A stretch of 64,000 nt of DNA, from the NCBI GenBank assembly GCA_050015675.1, contig JBEKAY010000013.1:2734-66733 (forward strand), in the 5' to 3' direction. Under the pieces are notes generated by a model, which was not told the DNA's origin, ran no database searches, and was given only the letters and a program-made list of their open reading frames with translations. Both the position numbers and the translations under genes were made by a program. Shown here piece by piece: positions 18,976-28,545 of this stretch. Position 1 is the first letter of the stretch. Each line of letters starts with the position of its first letter. Source of the DNA: Bacteroidota bacterium (GTDB lineage: Bacteria > Bacteroidota > Ignavibacteria > UBA10030).

Positions 18976-20160
18976 TTACCCACGCGTAAATTCAATCGTA
19001 CGTGAAAGAAGAGAAGGAAATCCCGCAAGCGCCAATCCGCTTACCTTCTTCCCCAGCCGTGAAAGAAGTACTTGTTGAATTTCTTTTGCAATCCGAAGCC
19101 GTCGCTGAAAACTTGATCTCCATCGCTTGGTATACAGGCTCGATAAGGCATCGCAGTTCAACGCCTTTCTTCTCCCTTCATCCAGAACAGAAGCGATAAT
19201 TTTTGCACTTTCCATGGCCATACCGATCCCATCACCGGCAAGCGGTGCAATAACCTGGGCTGCATCGCCAATCATGAATATTCCATCTTCGACAAGATTT
19301 TTCTTTCCGAAATAAATATCGCCCGAGCCATAGATCGGAAATGAAGAAAGCATGTTTTCAAAATCTCCGGATATCGCTTGAGCAAAATATTGGTTCGCCT
19401 TCAGCAGCTCGGTGATCTTTGCTCGCGGTTGAATGTCATTGGGAGAACGCTCTTCAAGAAAACAGAGAGTCACGGTGTCGTCATTTACGACATTCACTCC
19501 GCAATACATGTTGCGTCCGGTATAAATTTGAATTTCATGTTGCGGAACATTTGGCAGATATTTTTTGTGGACATGGAATTTAATGCCATTTAATCGAGAC
19601 CGGCTTTTCCTGTACGTTCTATGTAGTGTCTTGTCCAACGAGAGAGATTTTCCATGCGCAACAATCACATGCCGTGCAGTGATATTTTCCGTTCCTCCTG
19701 GTACCGCAAGAGCGACATTGTACGCTCCTTCGGTATGGTGAATGGCTTCGACCGTCTTCGGTTGATAGATCAACGCACCAGCCTTGCGTGCATTGTCGAG
19801 CAAAAACGAGTCAAACACCCCGCGTTTCAATCCATATGCAGTAAATGGAAGTTCAGTGGTGTACGATTGTGAATATTCCGTACAAAACCGGAACGAGGTC
19901 AACGGATTTGGATGAAGCAAATGAAAGCCCTCGCTGAGATGCAGTTCTCCAAGGATCTGTGAGACTTCTCTTGAGAGAAATTCTCCGCATAATGTCTCTC
20001 GTGGAAAATCTTTTTTTTCGATAACACACACCCGAAAGTTCATCTGGGCAAGGTACAACGCTACAGTGGAGCCAGCCGGTCCGCCACCCACGATAGCAAT
20101 ATCAATTTGTGGATCCGTCAAGTGAGTTTCACAATACACACAAGCCAACGGAACGCCCAT
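18976..20160 (-). CDS. FAD-dependent oxidoreductase (geranylgeranyl-reductase / flavin hydroxylase family), SrsC-like position
   Basis: FAD-binding GxGxxG (IAIVGGGPAGS); GDAA-type motif MIGDAAQV; ORF open to 20202, start chosen at MGVPL. Confidence 0.7.
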   Translation of the reverse strand: MGVPLACVYCETHLTDPQIDIAIVGGGPAGSTVALYLAQMNFRVCVIEKKDFPRETLCGEFLSREVSQILGELHLSEGFHLLHPNPLTSFRFCTEYSQSYTTELPFTAYGLKRGVFDSFLLDNARKAGALIYQPKTVEAIHHTEGAYNVALAVPGGTENITARHVIVAHGKSLSLDKTLHRTYRKSRSRLNGIKFHVHKKYLPNVPQHEIQIYTGRNMYCGVNVVNDDTVTLCFLEERSPNDIQPRAKITELLKANQYFAQAISGDFENMLSSFPIYGSGDIYFGKKNLVEDGIFMIGDAAQVIAPLAGDGIGMAMESAKIIASVLDEGRRKALNCDALSSLYTKRWRSSFQRRLRIAKEIQQVLLSRLGKKVSGLALAGFPSLLSRTIEFTRG

Positions 20161-20810
20161 GTCCGTTGAACAGTATATGATGCCGATGGAAGCGAAGCGC
20201 ATAGACGCAAGAGTTCACTTCGCGTAAAGCCTCGCCGTACGGAAAGCGGCCCATCGTTTTTCACCATGACACTGCGGGAGAATAGTCGTGTAAGGAGGTA
20301 AATGCCGAGGTAAGCGAATAACGAGCGACGCAGATCATTGATAACAATGCCGAATCGAGCTGTTGAATACAAAGATGGAAGAATGTGATGTAATTCCTGT
20401 TCTGTAAAATGATGAAGAAACAGCGAGGCATGAATGATATCGAATGTCTGTTTATGAAAAGGAAGATCAAGAACAGATCCGTGAACCACTGTAAGAGACG
20501 GGTTCGCCTGCGCGGCATATGCGCATGCCCGCTTATTGAGATCAAGAGAGGTAATTTTTATATCAGAATGCACAGACGAAATAGCTTGCGCAATATCAGA
20601 GCCTCCTGCCCCTACATCAAGAATCGAAAGCGTGTTTGCGGGAGGTTTCTGTTTCAACAAAGTTTTGACCCCCTTGCGTGATGTAGTGTTCCCGCCCAGC
20701 CAAGTATTGATGACACTCAGTTCTCGAAATGCCTCATCAAGACGTCCATCCTGGATCGTCACATCATCCATAATTTCTTTTTGTGCGCTTCGCGGAAGTA
20801 CTCCCATCAT
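20118..20810 (-). CDS. SAM-dependent methyltransferase, SrsB-like position
   Basis: Motif I ILDVGAGGSDIA; its ATG forms an ATGA overlap with the PKS stop at 20807-20810. Confidence 0.7.
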   Translation of the reverse strand: MMGVLPRSAQKEIMDDVTIQDGRLDEAFRELSVINTWLGGNTTSRKGVKTLLKQKPPANTLSILDVGAGGSDIAQAISSVHSDIKITSLDLNKRACAYAAQANPSLTVVHGSVLDLPFHKQTFDIIHASLFLHHFTEQELHHILPSLYSTARFGIVINDLRRSLFAYLGIYLLTRLFSRSVMVKNDGPLSVRRGFTRSELLRLCASLPSASYTVQRTWAFRWLVCIVKLT

Positions 20811-21895
20811 ACACCTTTCAAGAATGCGACTTCCATCGTTAATCCCGGCCCAAAAGCGATCGCGCATACATCTTCCCCCTTACGAATCGTTCGTGTGGCA
20901 AGAAGTTCTTTCATCACGAATAGAATGGATGCCGACGACATATTCCCATAATTTTTGAGAACTGTCCGTGAGGGTTCCATCTCTTTATCGCTCACATTCA
21001 ATCCCACTTGTAAGGCATCGAGGATCACTCTACCGCCGGGATGTAATACCCAGTGATGAATATTCTCAGAATCCAATCCGTTCAGTGTGAATAATCTGCG
21101 TAGTACCGGGATCGCCTCTTCGGAAATAATTCGTGGCAGTTCGGAGGAGAGCATCATTTCAAAACCGAAATTACCAATCTTCCATCCCATGTATTCCGAT
21201 GAATTTGGAAAGAGATAAGAATGCGTGCGCATCAATTGCAAGCGTGGTGAATACACCGAAGCATTCGAGAACAACGCGACAGCACATCCATCTGCAAAGA
21301 TCATATTTGCCAAAATGTTATCGCGGGTCGGTTCCGTCTGCAAATGGAGACTGCATAATTCTACGGCAATAAGGAGCGTAGTGCTCTTTTCACTCTCGGC
21401 GGTCCGAAGCGCTTCAAGCACCGACGTGAAACCGACAAGTGCCGCGGCGCATCCCATAAACCCGATATGTGTTCTTTGTACGGATGCAGGGAGATGAAAT
21501 TCATTCATTAAATAATAATCGATTCCGGGTGCATAAAAACCCGTGCACGATACGGTGATAAGCCGAACGACGGAAGAAGGATCGCAATGAGTCTCCTCAA
21601 GCAAACGTCCGACTGCATCTTTTGTCAGTGTCTTTGTCCATCGCTCATATTCAATCATTCGCGATTTTGTGTCGGGCGTTTTGGCGCCTGCATCCGTGGA
21701 ATAAAATCGCCGCGGAGATGAAGGATCTCCGTCAGGAACAACCACATAACGTGTATCAATACCGGAATGCTGGGACGCGGCATCGATCAGACGTGCAATC
21801 GCAGGACGAACTGCCATGCGGACTTTGAGTTCTTCTGCAGCCCTGGCTTGACTTACTTTATATGGCGGCGATGCCGTTGATATATGAATAAGCAT
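20807..21895 (-). CDS. type III polyketide synthase (chalcone/stilbene synthase family)
   Basis: 362 aa; active-site Cys context (VSCTGFYAPG); CHS-family C-terminal signature HWVLHPGGRVILD...YGNMSSASILFV...FGPGLTMEV. Confidence 0.8.
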   Translation of the reverse strand: MLIHISTASPPYKVSQARAAEELKVRMAVRPAIARLIDAASQHSGIDTRYVVVPDGDPSSPRRFYSTDAGAKTPDTKSRMIEYERWTKTLTKDAVGRLLEETHCDPSSVVRLITVSCTGFYAPGIDYYLMNEFHLPASVQRTHIGFMGCAAALVGFTSVLEALRTAESEKSTTLLIAVELCSLHLQTEPTRDNILANMIFADGCAVALFSNASVYSPRLQLMRTHSYLFPNSSEYMGWKIGNFGFEMMLSSELPRIISEEAIPVLRRLFTLNGLDSENIHHWVLHPGGRVILDALQVGLNVSDKEMEPSRTVLKNYGNMSSASILFVMKELLATRTIRKGEDVCAIAFGPGLTMEVAFLKGV

Positions 21896-22410
21896 TCGTA
21901 TCTCTTCTCCCCCATTGCTGGAATAAAACTGCCTCCCGGAAACCTATGATATGCTTAAACAACTTATACCATCTACTTCGTTCCACGGTAATCCGTTCCT
22001 TCTCTTTTTTGACTTACCTATCTCATGTTACGCATAGAGTGGATTTTTGACCGCGCAACCGTTGCTATGATCATAATACCAGCAGGCAATATCGTTCTGT
22101 CATCCGTGTAGAGTTTTTCTTCGATGCTATCGCCAATAATGAGAACACCATCGGCAGATTCGACTGCTCGAACGTGAGGCTTGACGATGTGCCCTAAATC
22201 TTTGGACTTCGAAATATCTTCTGCCAAGAATCGAGTGATTTTATCATGGCTGATATCACCCAGTAAAAGGGCGAATAATCGTCTCAGTGGTGTTGTGACA
22301 TACGCACTGAGTAAGTAATCGCTCTACAAGTCCAAATGAGTTTTGTCCATTGAAACTCTCCCCTCTGTCCTTTTTCATTAGACAACTCATCGAAGATTAA
22401 ACATATTCGC

Positions 22411-22719
22411 CTATTTTATATCTTTCTGTGCTGCTTTGTACTGATGCAATGCGGCATAAGCTTTTGCTCTGTCAACATAAGCAGGACTATAGAAAGGATT
22501 GAGTTTTAACGCGTGACTGAAATCTGAAATCGCTTTCTCATACTCTTGCTTTTGATGGAAAATGACTCCCCTATTATAGTACCCTTCGAGATTTTTCGGT
22601 TTCAGTCTAATAAACGATGAAAAATCTTCGACAGCTTGATCAAGTTTTCCAATCTGGCTAAGAACCAATCCACAATTATAATATGCATCTGGAAAATCTC
22701 TTCGCCTGTAAAGCCCCAT
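22411..22719 (-). CDS. TPR-repeat protein fragment
   Basis: Three TPR-like repeats (AYYNCGLV.., GYYNRGVIF.., AYVDRAKAY..); overlaps the next ORF by 118 nt in a different frame. Confidence 0.45.
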   Translation of the reverse strand: MGLYRRRDFPDAYYNCGLVLSQIGKLDQAVEDFSSFIRLKPKNLEGYYNRGVIFHQKQEYEKAISDFSHALKLNPFYSPAYVDRAKAYAALHQYKAAQKDIK

Positions 22720-23354
22720 GCCTCCGTTATGTTCTCAAACATTCCATCTCCCTTATTACGCAATACCATGTCGGGCGATTCTTCATATCCACAAATATAA
22801 ATATCGATCAAGCCATCGGCGTCGCCATCAAATAAACCAATCCCTCTGTGACTCTTCACGGTAGCATCCGAAGCGTTAGTGATAGTGCGAAAAGTATGAT
22901 CTTTATTCTGCAACGACACTTCAAACTTCCCGGACCCAACAATAATGATGTCCACGAGACCATCGTTATTGACATCAGCAAATACACTTGAGGTACCGTC
23001 AATATCTATATGAAGTTCTTTGTCAACGCGTTTGAACTTCCCGCTTCCCCCATCGTTGTGCCAAAGTCCTTGACCTGGAATAAGTACATCAACAAACGTG
23101 TCATTATCATAGTCACCAAGAGCTATGACGTTGTCCAATCTTATTCTTTGGGCATGGTCTTCGAAGCCAGTATTTTTAACAAGCTGAAAACGAATGTTCG
23201 TTTGAGGCTGGTCTTTGAAAAACGGATTTGCACTCGAATCATTTGCTTTACCAGATCCAATGATACAATAATCGAGTAACGAACGGGAATTATCGGACAT
23301 TATTCTCATCAATTGCCGCTGAATTGCAGGATGATTCGATTGGATATTCTTCAC
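22602..23354 (-). CDS. FG-GAP/VCBS-repeat protein (CRTAC1/ASPIC-like) fragment
   Basis: Repeated D-x-N/D-x-DG-x-D calcium-binding loops (DYDNDTFVDVLI, DVNNDGLVDIII, DGDADGLIDIYI); no signal peptide; probably truncated. Confidence 0.5.
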   Translation of the reverse strand: MKNIQSNHPAIQRQLMRIMSDNSRSLLDYCIIGSGKANDSSANPFFKDQPQTNIRFQLVKNTGFEDHAQRIRLDNVIALGDYDNDTFVDVLIPGQGLWHNDGGSGKFKRVDKELHIDIDGTSSVFADVNNDGLVDIIIVGSGKFEVSLQNKDHTFRTITNASDATVKSHRGIGLFDGDADGLIDIYICGYEESPDMVLRNKGDGMFENITEAWGFTGEEIFQMHIIIVDWFLARLENLIKLSKIFHRLLD

Positions 23355-23575
23355 TTCCTTTCACAGAGAGGGAAGGACCCGTTCATAGTTTTGTTTTGCC
23401 AATTCAAAGCCTTGTTCTTGTCAATCTGATTACTTGAAGAGACGAATCCAACGATGTAGAACTGAAGGCCCCATTCTAGACATTGCAGGTTTGCCAGCAC
23501 TTCCCTAAAAAGATTTGATCGCTCAAACAAATATGGTTTTTCAAATAATCCGGAAATTTGCTTTTCAAATTTTTT

Positions 23576-24028
23576 TCAGAGCTCAAGTGCTTTCTCTCTT
23601 TCACCATTATACATTAAACCCCAGAAGTAGCTGGCGCGAACGAGATGCACTCTTGAGGTATCATTGTTATAAAGACCTTCGAGTGGTTCAAATAGCCGGA
23701 CTAATTCCTCTCCCGTTATCGGTTCCGAATTGTATGCAGAAAAACTTTTATTGATTATAAGGTCGCCGACTTGTCCGATAGGGAGAGTCTTAGGATCATC
23801 TCTCTCCTTTATCAATTTGTTTATTAAGTCGACTGATGCAAATTGATCGGAATCCTTTATAGCTTTCTGCAGTTTGATTCGTAACTGTTCAACATCTTCC
23901 TTCTGATTGAATGAGAGGAAAGATACTACTGCAATAAATAAGATAGCGACAATCAAAATAAAATATTTCTTCAGCTGCATACTACGCCGTCTTTGTGACA
24001 ATTGTGCATTGTCTATGTTATCAGTCAT
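23576..24028 (-). CDS. hypothetical membrane-anchored protein
   Basis: One N-terminal TM helix (ILIVAILFIAVVSFLSF); no recognisable domain. Confidence 0.35.
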   Translation of the reverse strand: MTDNIDNAQLSQRRRSMQLKKYFILIVAILFIAVVSFLSFNQKEDVEQLRIKLQKAIKDSDQFASVDLINKLIKERDDPKTLPIGQVGDLIINKSFSAYNSEPITGEELVRLFEPLEGLYNNDTSRVHLVRASYFWGLMYNGEREKALEL

Positions 24029-24147
24029 CTGAAGAAAATAGTTAGAATTATCTCTTCTGGATTCCCATTTGATCTCTTTTTAACCACCTCGTCCACCACC
24101 ATGTGAACACCGAGAGAAGAGCAATCATAGTGAGCCCCTCGAACGGA

Positions 24148-24852
24148 TTAAATGAATGAAAGCTTTCCATTTATTACTGACAGAACGTTTCGAGGTTCCA
24201 CCTGGTCTGCGATGAGCACAAATCTATCCAATGCGAGAACCATTGTTGCAATGCCATCAAATGCTAAAAGGATTGTAACAAGCACGATCCTAAATAGCTT
24301 CTCGTACTTTGGAACTTCTTCTGACATTGGTTTTCTTATTCCAATGAGGAGTGCAATGCCGATGCCCGCTCCCAGCATATTAAATACGATATCATTGAAA
24401 TCAATGTAATTGGTGTGACTCGGTTTCATTATATATTGAAGAAACTCATCTATAAAACATGCAAACGACGATGTGAAGAAAATGAGCATTTCGTTTCTGA
24501 GAGACAATCCGAGAAGTAATGAAAGAACTGCATACTGGGGGAAATGGATGCGTTCGATGTTATTCACGATCAATAACCGGTCAGCAACATACATGAGGAT
24601 CATAAAAAGAAACCAGATACCAAAATGCTCGGCCGCTTGCACCCGATGAATGCGAACGACTTTCACGCCTACCGCAAAGATTACCAACAACATAATGACA
24701 GAAAGGATGTCTGCCCATCGTTGAATGGCATCATGACCAAACGGAAACAGGATGGTTTTATCGAACCAATCCGAAAATGGATGATGAGGAAGTGAGACAG
24801 CAAGGAAATACAATAAAGGAAGGATACGCTTTGCTAAGAGCTTGAAGTTCAT
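24148..24852 (-). CDS. VanZ-like family membrane protein
   Basis: Multiple TM segments and VanZ-type motif FIDEFLQ...DFNDIVFNMLGAGIG. Confidence 0.6.
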   Translation of the reverse strand: MNFKLLAKRILPLLYFLAVSLPHHPFSDWFDKTILFPFGHDAIQRWADILSVIMLLVIFAVGVKVVRIHRVQAAEHFGIWFLFMILMYVADRLLIVNNIERIHFPQYAVLSLLLGLSLRNEMLIFFTSSFACFIDEFLQYIMKPSHTNYIDFNDIVFNMLGAGIGIALLIGIRKPMSEEVPKYEKLFRIVLVTILLAFDGIATMVLALDRFVLIADQVEPRNVLSVINGKLSFI

Positions 24853-25052
24853 TGTAACTCAATCTCTCAATTCCGCTTCTGATACGTTGGTTCTTCGGGT
24901 TGCCAATATGCTTGATAAATATATCTCAATCCTGTCATTTTAAGTGTACGTGCGATAAGATTTTTCAAGATCGCGAGTAGATGATAGTAAGCAACATTAT
25001 AATGCGGAAAGTACTTCGTTCTCGCATTTCTTACTTCCTTCAACGCTTCATA

Positions 25053-25682
25053 TCAGTTGCGATATGAGATGCCGTCGAGACTCATATTCGCTAATGTCTT
25101 TTCAAGCGTTAAAAATTTCGCTCCCTGTCTTTTGAACCTGAGCAGCAACTAGTAGTCCATCGCATAGTGATACCCTTCGTCAAAAACTCCGTATTTCACG
25201 TACGAGGACTTCCTTATAAAAACTGTGGGATGATAGACAGAGGTCTCTTTGTCTAGAGCTTCGGGATTAGAGTTACAGTGAAACCGAGCCGCTCCTTCCT
25301 CCCAGAATTCAACCGCTCCGCAAACTACATCTACATCCGGATGAGAGCTGAAAGCGCCGACAACATTCTTCAATGTATCCGCCTCATACCAGTCTCCCAC
25401 ATTGACAATCGCGATCATGTCACCATTCGCCAACTTTATTCCTTTGTTGAAAGCATAGCTAATACTCCGATCAGGCTCGCTGATCTAATAATCGATTTTT
25501 CCCTCATTCGCCCGAATGACATCGAGAGTTCCGTCTGTCGACCCACCGTCGATGACCACATACTGAATGCCATGAAAGTCATTCTGCAAGACACTATTGA
25601 GAGTCTTTTGGAATCCATGCTTCGCATTCAAGACGATGGTAGCTACGCTAACTATTAGCATTTCGGAAATTGGGGCAGACAT
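25053..25682 (-). pseudogene. glycosyltransferase family 2, disrupted (frameshift near 25434-25490 and in-frame TAG at 25149-25151)
   Basis: GT2 N-terminus (VSVATIVLNAKHG...VVIDGGSTDGT) in ORF 25485-25682, middle in ORF 25149-25433, and a GT2-like C-terminal tail (AMDY*LLLRFKRQGAKFLTLEKT...) that continues in frame past a TAG. Confidence 0.6.
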
Positions 25683-25791
25683 AGCTATCGTTTCTATTTA
25701 GCTAAAATGATTGGTCTCTCTTTTTTCAACGAATTGAGAACACTCGTGGATACTGATTCACTCTGCATTGACATAAACAACCTGCAGAAAA

Positions 25792-26967
25792 TTACACTGC
25801 ATGGTTCTTGATAAAATCTGTAATCGTCGCAACAACATATACAAATTGTTCTCTTGTTAATTCAGGATAAATGGGAACAGCTAGTGAATCGCTCGCTGCA
25901 CTATTTGCCACCGGATATTCTTGGTCTTTTAGATTTAAATAGCTGAAACATTCCTGGCGATGGAATGGAACAGGATAATACACTTCGTTACCGATTCCTT
26001 TTTGGGTTAAAAATTCACGTACTGCATTTCTTCTTTCAACACGAATAACATATTGATTATATATGTGATAATTTTTATGCCCGGATTCCTGATACACTGC
26101 TTTCGGCAAGAGAACGGAATTCTTTTGATCGAATTTTGTAATTCCTTCTTTCTCTGCGAGACCTGCTTCCATAAACAATTTTGTATATGCGGCAGCGTTT
26201 TCTCTACGCTTTGCAGACCATCCATCAAGATACGGCAGCTTCACATTTAACACTGCGGCTTGTATAGCATCTAATCGGAAATTACCGCCAATGACTTTAT
26301 GATGATATTTCGGTTTTCCACCATGAACACGCATTATTTTCAGGCGTTCTGCAAGTTCATCATTATTCGTTGTTACAAGGCCTCCATCTCCGAAACATCC
26401 AAGATTTTTACTGGGGAAAAAGGAAAAACAACCTATATCGCCTATTGTTCCTACCTGGCGTCCATCTTTATAATGAACTCCTATAGCTTGTGCTCCATCT
26501 TCAATTACTTTTATATTATGCATTTTGGCAAGCTCCATAATTGTATCCATTTCAGCACTTTGTCCAAACAAATGAACTGGAATAATTGCTTTAGTTTTCG
26601 ATGTAATCTTTTTTTCAATTTGATTAACACCAATATTAAAAGTCAAATTATCCGAATCGACAAAGACGGGAACGGCATTCATTCGTGCGACAACACCGGC
26701 AGTAGCAAAGAAGGAAAACGTTGGCACAATGACTTCATCTCCCGGCTTGATTCCAATCGCCATCAGTGCAAGCAATAATGCATCGGTTCCAGAAGAAACA
26801 CCATACGAGTACTTGCAGCCGATGTAGGCAGACATTGCCTTTTCCATTTTTTCCACTTCTGCGCCAAGGATAAAATATTGGGATTCGGCAACCCGCAGGA
26901 GGGCAGCATCTATTTCAGTTTTAATAGTTTTATACTGTGCTTTGAGGTCTAAGAGAGGTACGTTCAT
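25792..26967 (-). CDS. DegT/DnrJ/EryC1-family PLP-dependent sugar aminotransferase (WbpE/WlbC-like)
   Basis: 391 aa; typical fold-type I sugar aminotransferase sequence; position in a WbpA-B-D-E-like gene order. Confidence 0.9.
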   Translation of the reverse strand: MNVPLLDLKAQYKTIKTEIDAALLRVAESQYFILGAEVEKMEKAMSAYIGCKYSYGVSSGTDALLLALMAIGIKPGDEVIVPTFSFFATAGVVARMNAVPVFVDSDNLTFNIGVNQIEKKITSKTKAIIPVHLFGQSAEMDTIMELAKMHNIKVIEDGAQAIGVHYKDGRQVGTIGDIGCFSFFPSKNLGCFGDGGLVTTNNDELAERLKIMRVHGGKPKYHHKVIGGNFRLDAIQAAVLNVKLPYLDGWSAKRRENAAAYTKLFMEAGLAEKEGITKFDQKNSVLLPKAVYQESGHKNYHIYNQYVIRVERRNAVREFLTQKGIGNEVYYPVPFHRQECFSYLNLKDQEYPVANSAASDSLAVPIYPELTREQFVYVVATITDFIKNHAV

Positions 26968-27563
26968 TATGCAACTTCCTTTACAATGTTATTTTCTAGT
27001 TTATATTTTTTATTGGATCGCGCACAGGCGGCAAAACCGTTCTTATCAAATTCCAATTTTTTCCCTGCTTCGCTCCACCACCCCTTGATGCGGGCAGGAT
27101 TGCCCATCACCAATGCAAAATCAGGAACATCTTTTGTCACAACAGATCCAGCCGCAATCATGGCGAACCTCCCGATGGTCACGCCGCATACAATAGTAGA
27201 GTTGGCACCCAAAGAAGCACCCTCTTTTACTAATGTATTAATATAGAACTGCGCCCCTACTTGCGGATATTTTGAACGCGGATTTAAGATGTTGGTAAAA
27301 ACCATGGATGGTCCGCAAAAGACGTAATCTTCCAGTGTCACACCTTCATACACAGAAACGTTATTTTGTATCTTAACGAAATTTCCAATGGTGACGTTAT
27401 TGCCGATATTCACATTCTGTCCAAGGATGCATTTTTTCCCGATCTTAGCCCCTGATTGAACATGGGAAAAATGCCATATCTTAGACCCTTCTCCAATTTC
27501 GACATTATCATCAACAACAGCATGTTTATCGATATAATAATTTTTTTCTTTTTGATCAGGCAT
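26967..27563 (-). CDS. left-handed beta-helix (hexapeptide) N-acetyltransferase (WbpD/WlbB-like)
   Basis: Hexapeptide repeats (IGKKCILGQNVNIGNNVTIGNFVKIQNNVSV). Confidence 0.85.
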   Translation of the reverse strand: MPDQKEKNYYIDKHAVVDDNVEIGEGSKIWHFSHVQSGAKIGKKCILGQNVNIGNNVTIGNFVKIQNNVSVYEGVTLEDYVFCGPSMVFTNILNPRSKYPQVGAQFYINTLVKEGASLGANSTIVCGVTIGRFAMIAAGSVVTKDVPDFALVMGNPARIKGWWSEAGKKLEFDKNGFAACARSNKKYKLENNIVKEVA

Positions 27564-28536
27564 GATGTAACCTCATTGTTGCTTGTTCTAAAATATGCAA
27601 AACTTCAAGTGCGTGTGTACCATCCGTCAATGGAGTCTTGTTGTGAATTATGCATTCATAAAAATGCTTATGTTCCTCTGTCAGCGGCTGAAGGTTTTCA
27701 AAGGATACTGATACATACTCTCCTTCAAATTTCTCAAAACCATTTTCTGTCTTTGCAAAACCTTTCGGATAGTATTTTAATTTATCTTTTGGAAGGCTGT
27801 CTTCAAATACGAGCATTCCTTTATCTCCGATAACGACAAGCCGATGCTCTTTGAAAGGATGAAGCCAGCTTACGAAAATATGAGCATGAACATTACTCGG
27901 GTATTCAAGAATCGTCATTGTTGTATCTTCAATATTCTTTTGAAGGAACCGGGCGCCATGTGCCTCAATTTTTATCGGATTAGTTTCCGTAAAATACTGT
28001 ATGACCGAAATATCGTGCGGTGCAAAGCTCCATAAGACGTTCTCTTCGCTGCGTAATGCACCCAGGTTTAAACGATTACTATAGATATATTGCAAATTAC
28101 CTATTCTTTTTTCGGAAATATATTTTTTCACCATGAGTATCGCGGGGTGAAACAACAGAACATGCCCAACCATCATTTGAAGGTTTTTTCTTTTTGCCAG
28201 ATCGATCAAAGCTTTTGCATCTTCACTCTTCAATGTAATTGGCTTTTCAACTAAAACATGCTTCCCATTTTCCAGGCATTCTTTAGCAAGTGCAAAATGG
28301 GTCTCAGCAGGTGTAGCAATAATAATACCTTTGATAGAAGTATTTTTTATTACATCATCTTTATTCGTTGTGAATCTAATTGATGGGGAGACCTCTGCAA
28401 CTTTCTCAGCAGCTAACGGATTTGCATCAAAAACAGATATAGGTTTATCGCCAAGCAGTTTATATGCGGTCTTAACATGATTGATTCCCCAACGCCCGCA
28501 TCCAATAATACCAATTTCTGTGTCATATTGAGTCAT
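27556..28536 (-). CDS. Gfo/Idh/MocA-family NAD-dependent oxidoreductase (WbpB/WlbA-like)
   Basis: N-terminal Rossmann IGIIGCGRWG, EKP motif (VLVEKP). Confidence 0.85.
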   Translation of the reverse strand: MTQYDTEIGIIGCGRWGINHVKTAYKLLGDKPISVFDANPLAAEKVAEVSPSIRFTTNKDDVIKNTSIKGIIIATPAETHFALAKECLENGKHVLVEKPITLKSEDAKALIDLAKRKNLQMMVGHVLLFHPAILMVKKYISEKRIGNLQYIYSNRLNLGALRSEENVLWSFAPHDISVIQYFTETNPIKIEAHGARFLQKNIEDTTMTILEYPSNVHAHIFVSWLHPFKEHRLVVIGDKGMLVFEDSLPKDKLKYYPKGFAKTENGFEKFEGEYVSVSFENLQPLTEEHKHFYECIIHNKTPLTDGTHALEVLHILEQATMRLHHA

Positions 28537-28545
28537 TGGTTCACC

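Noticed and set aside
25149-25151. In-frame TAG as evidence of stop-codon reassignment
   Set aside because: It is a single occurrence inside a gene that also carries a frameshift. Stop codons, including TAG/TGA, terminate other well-formed genes normally.
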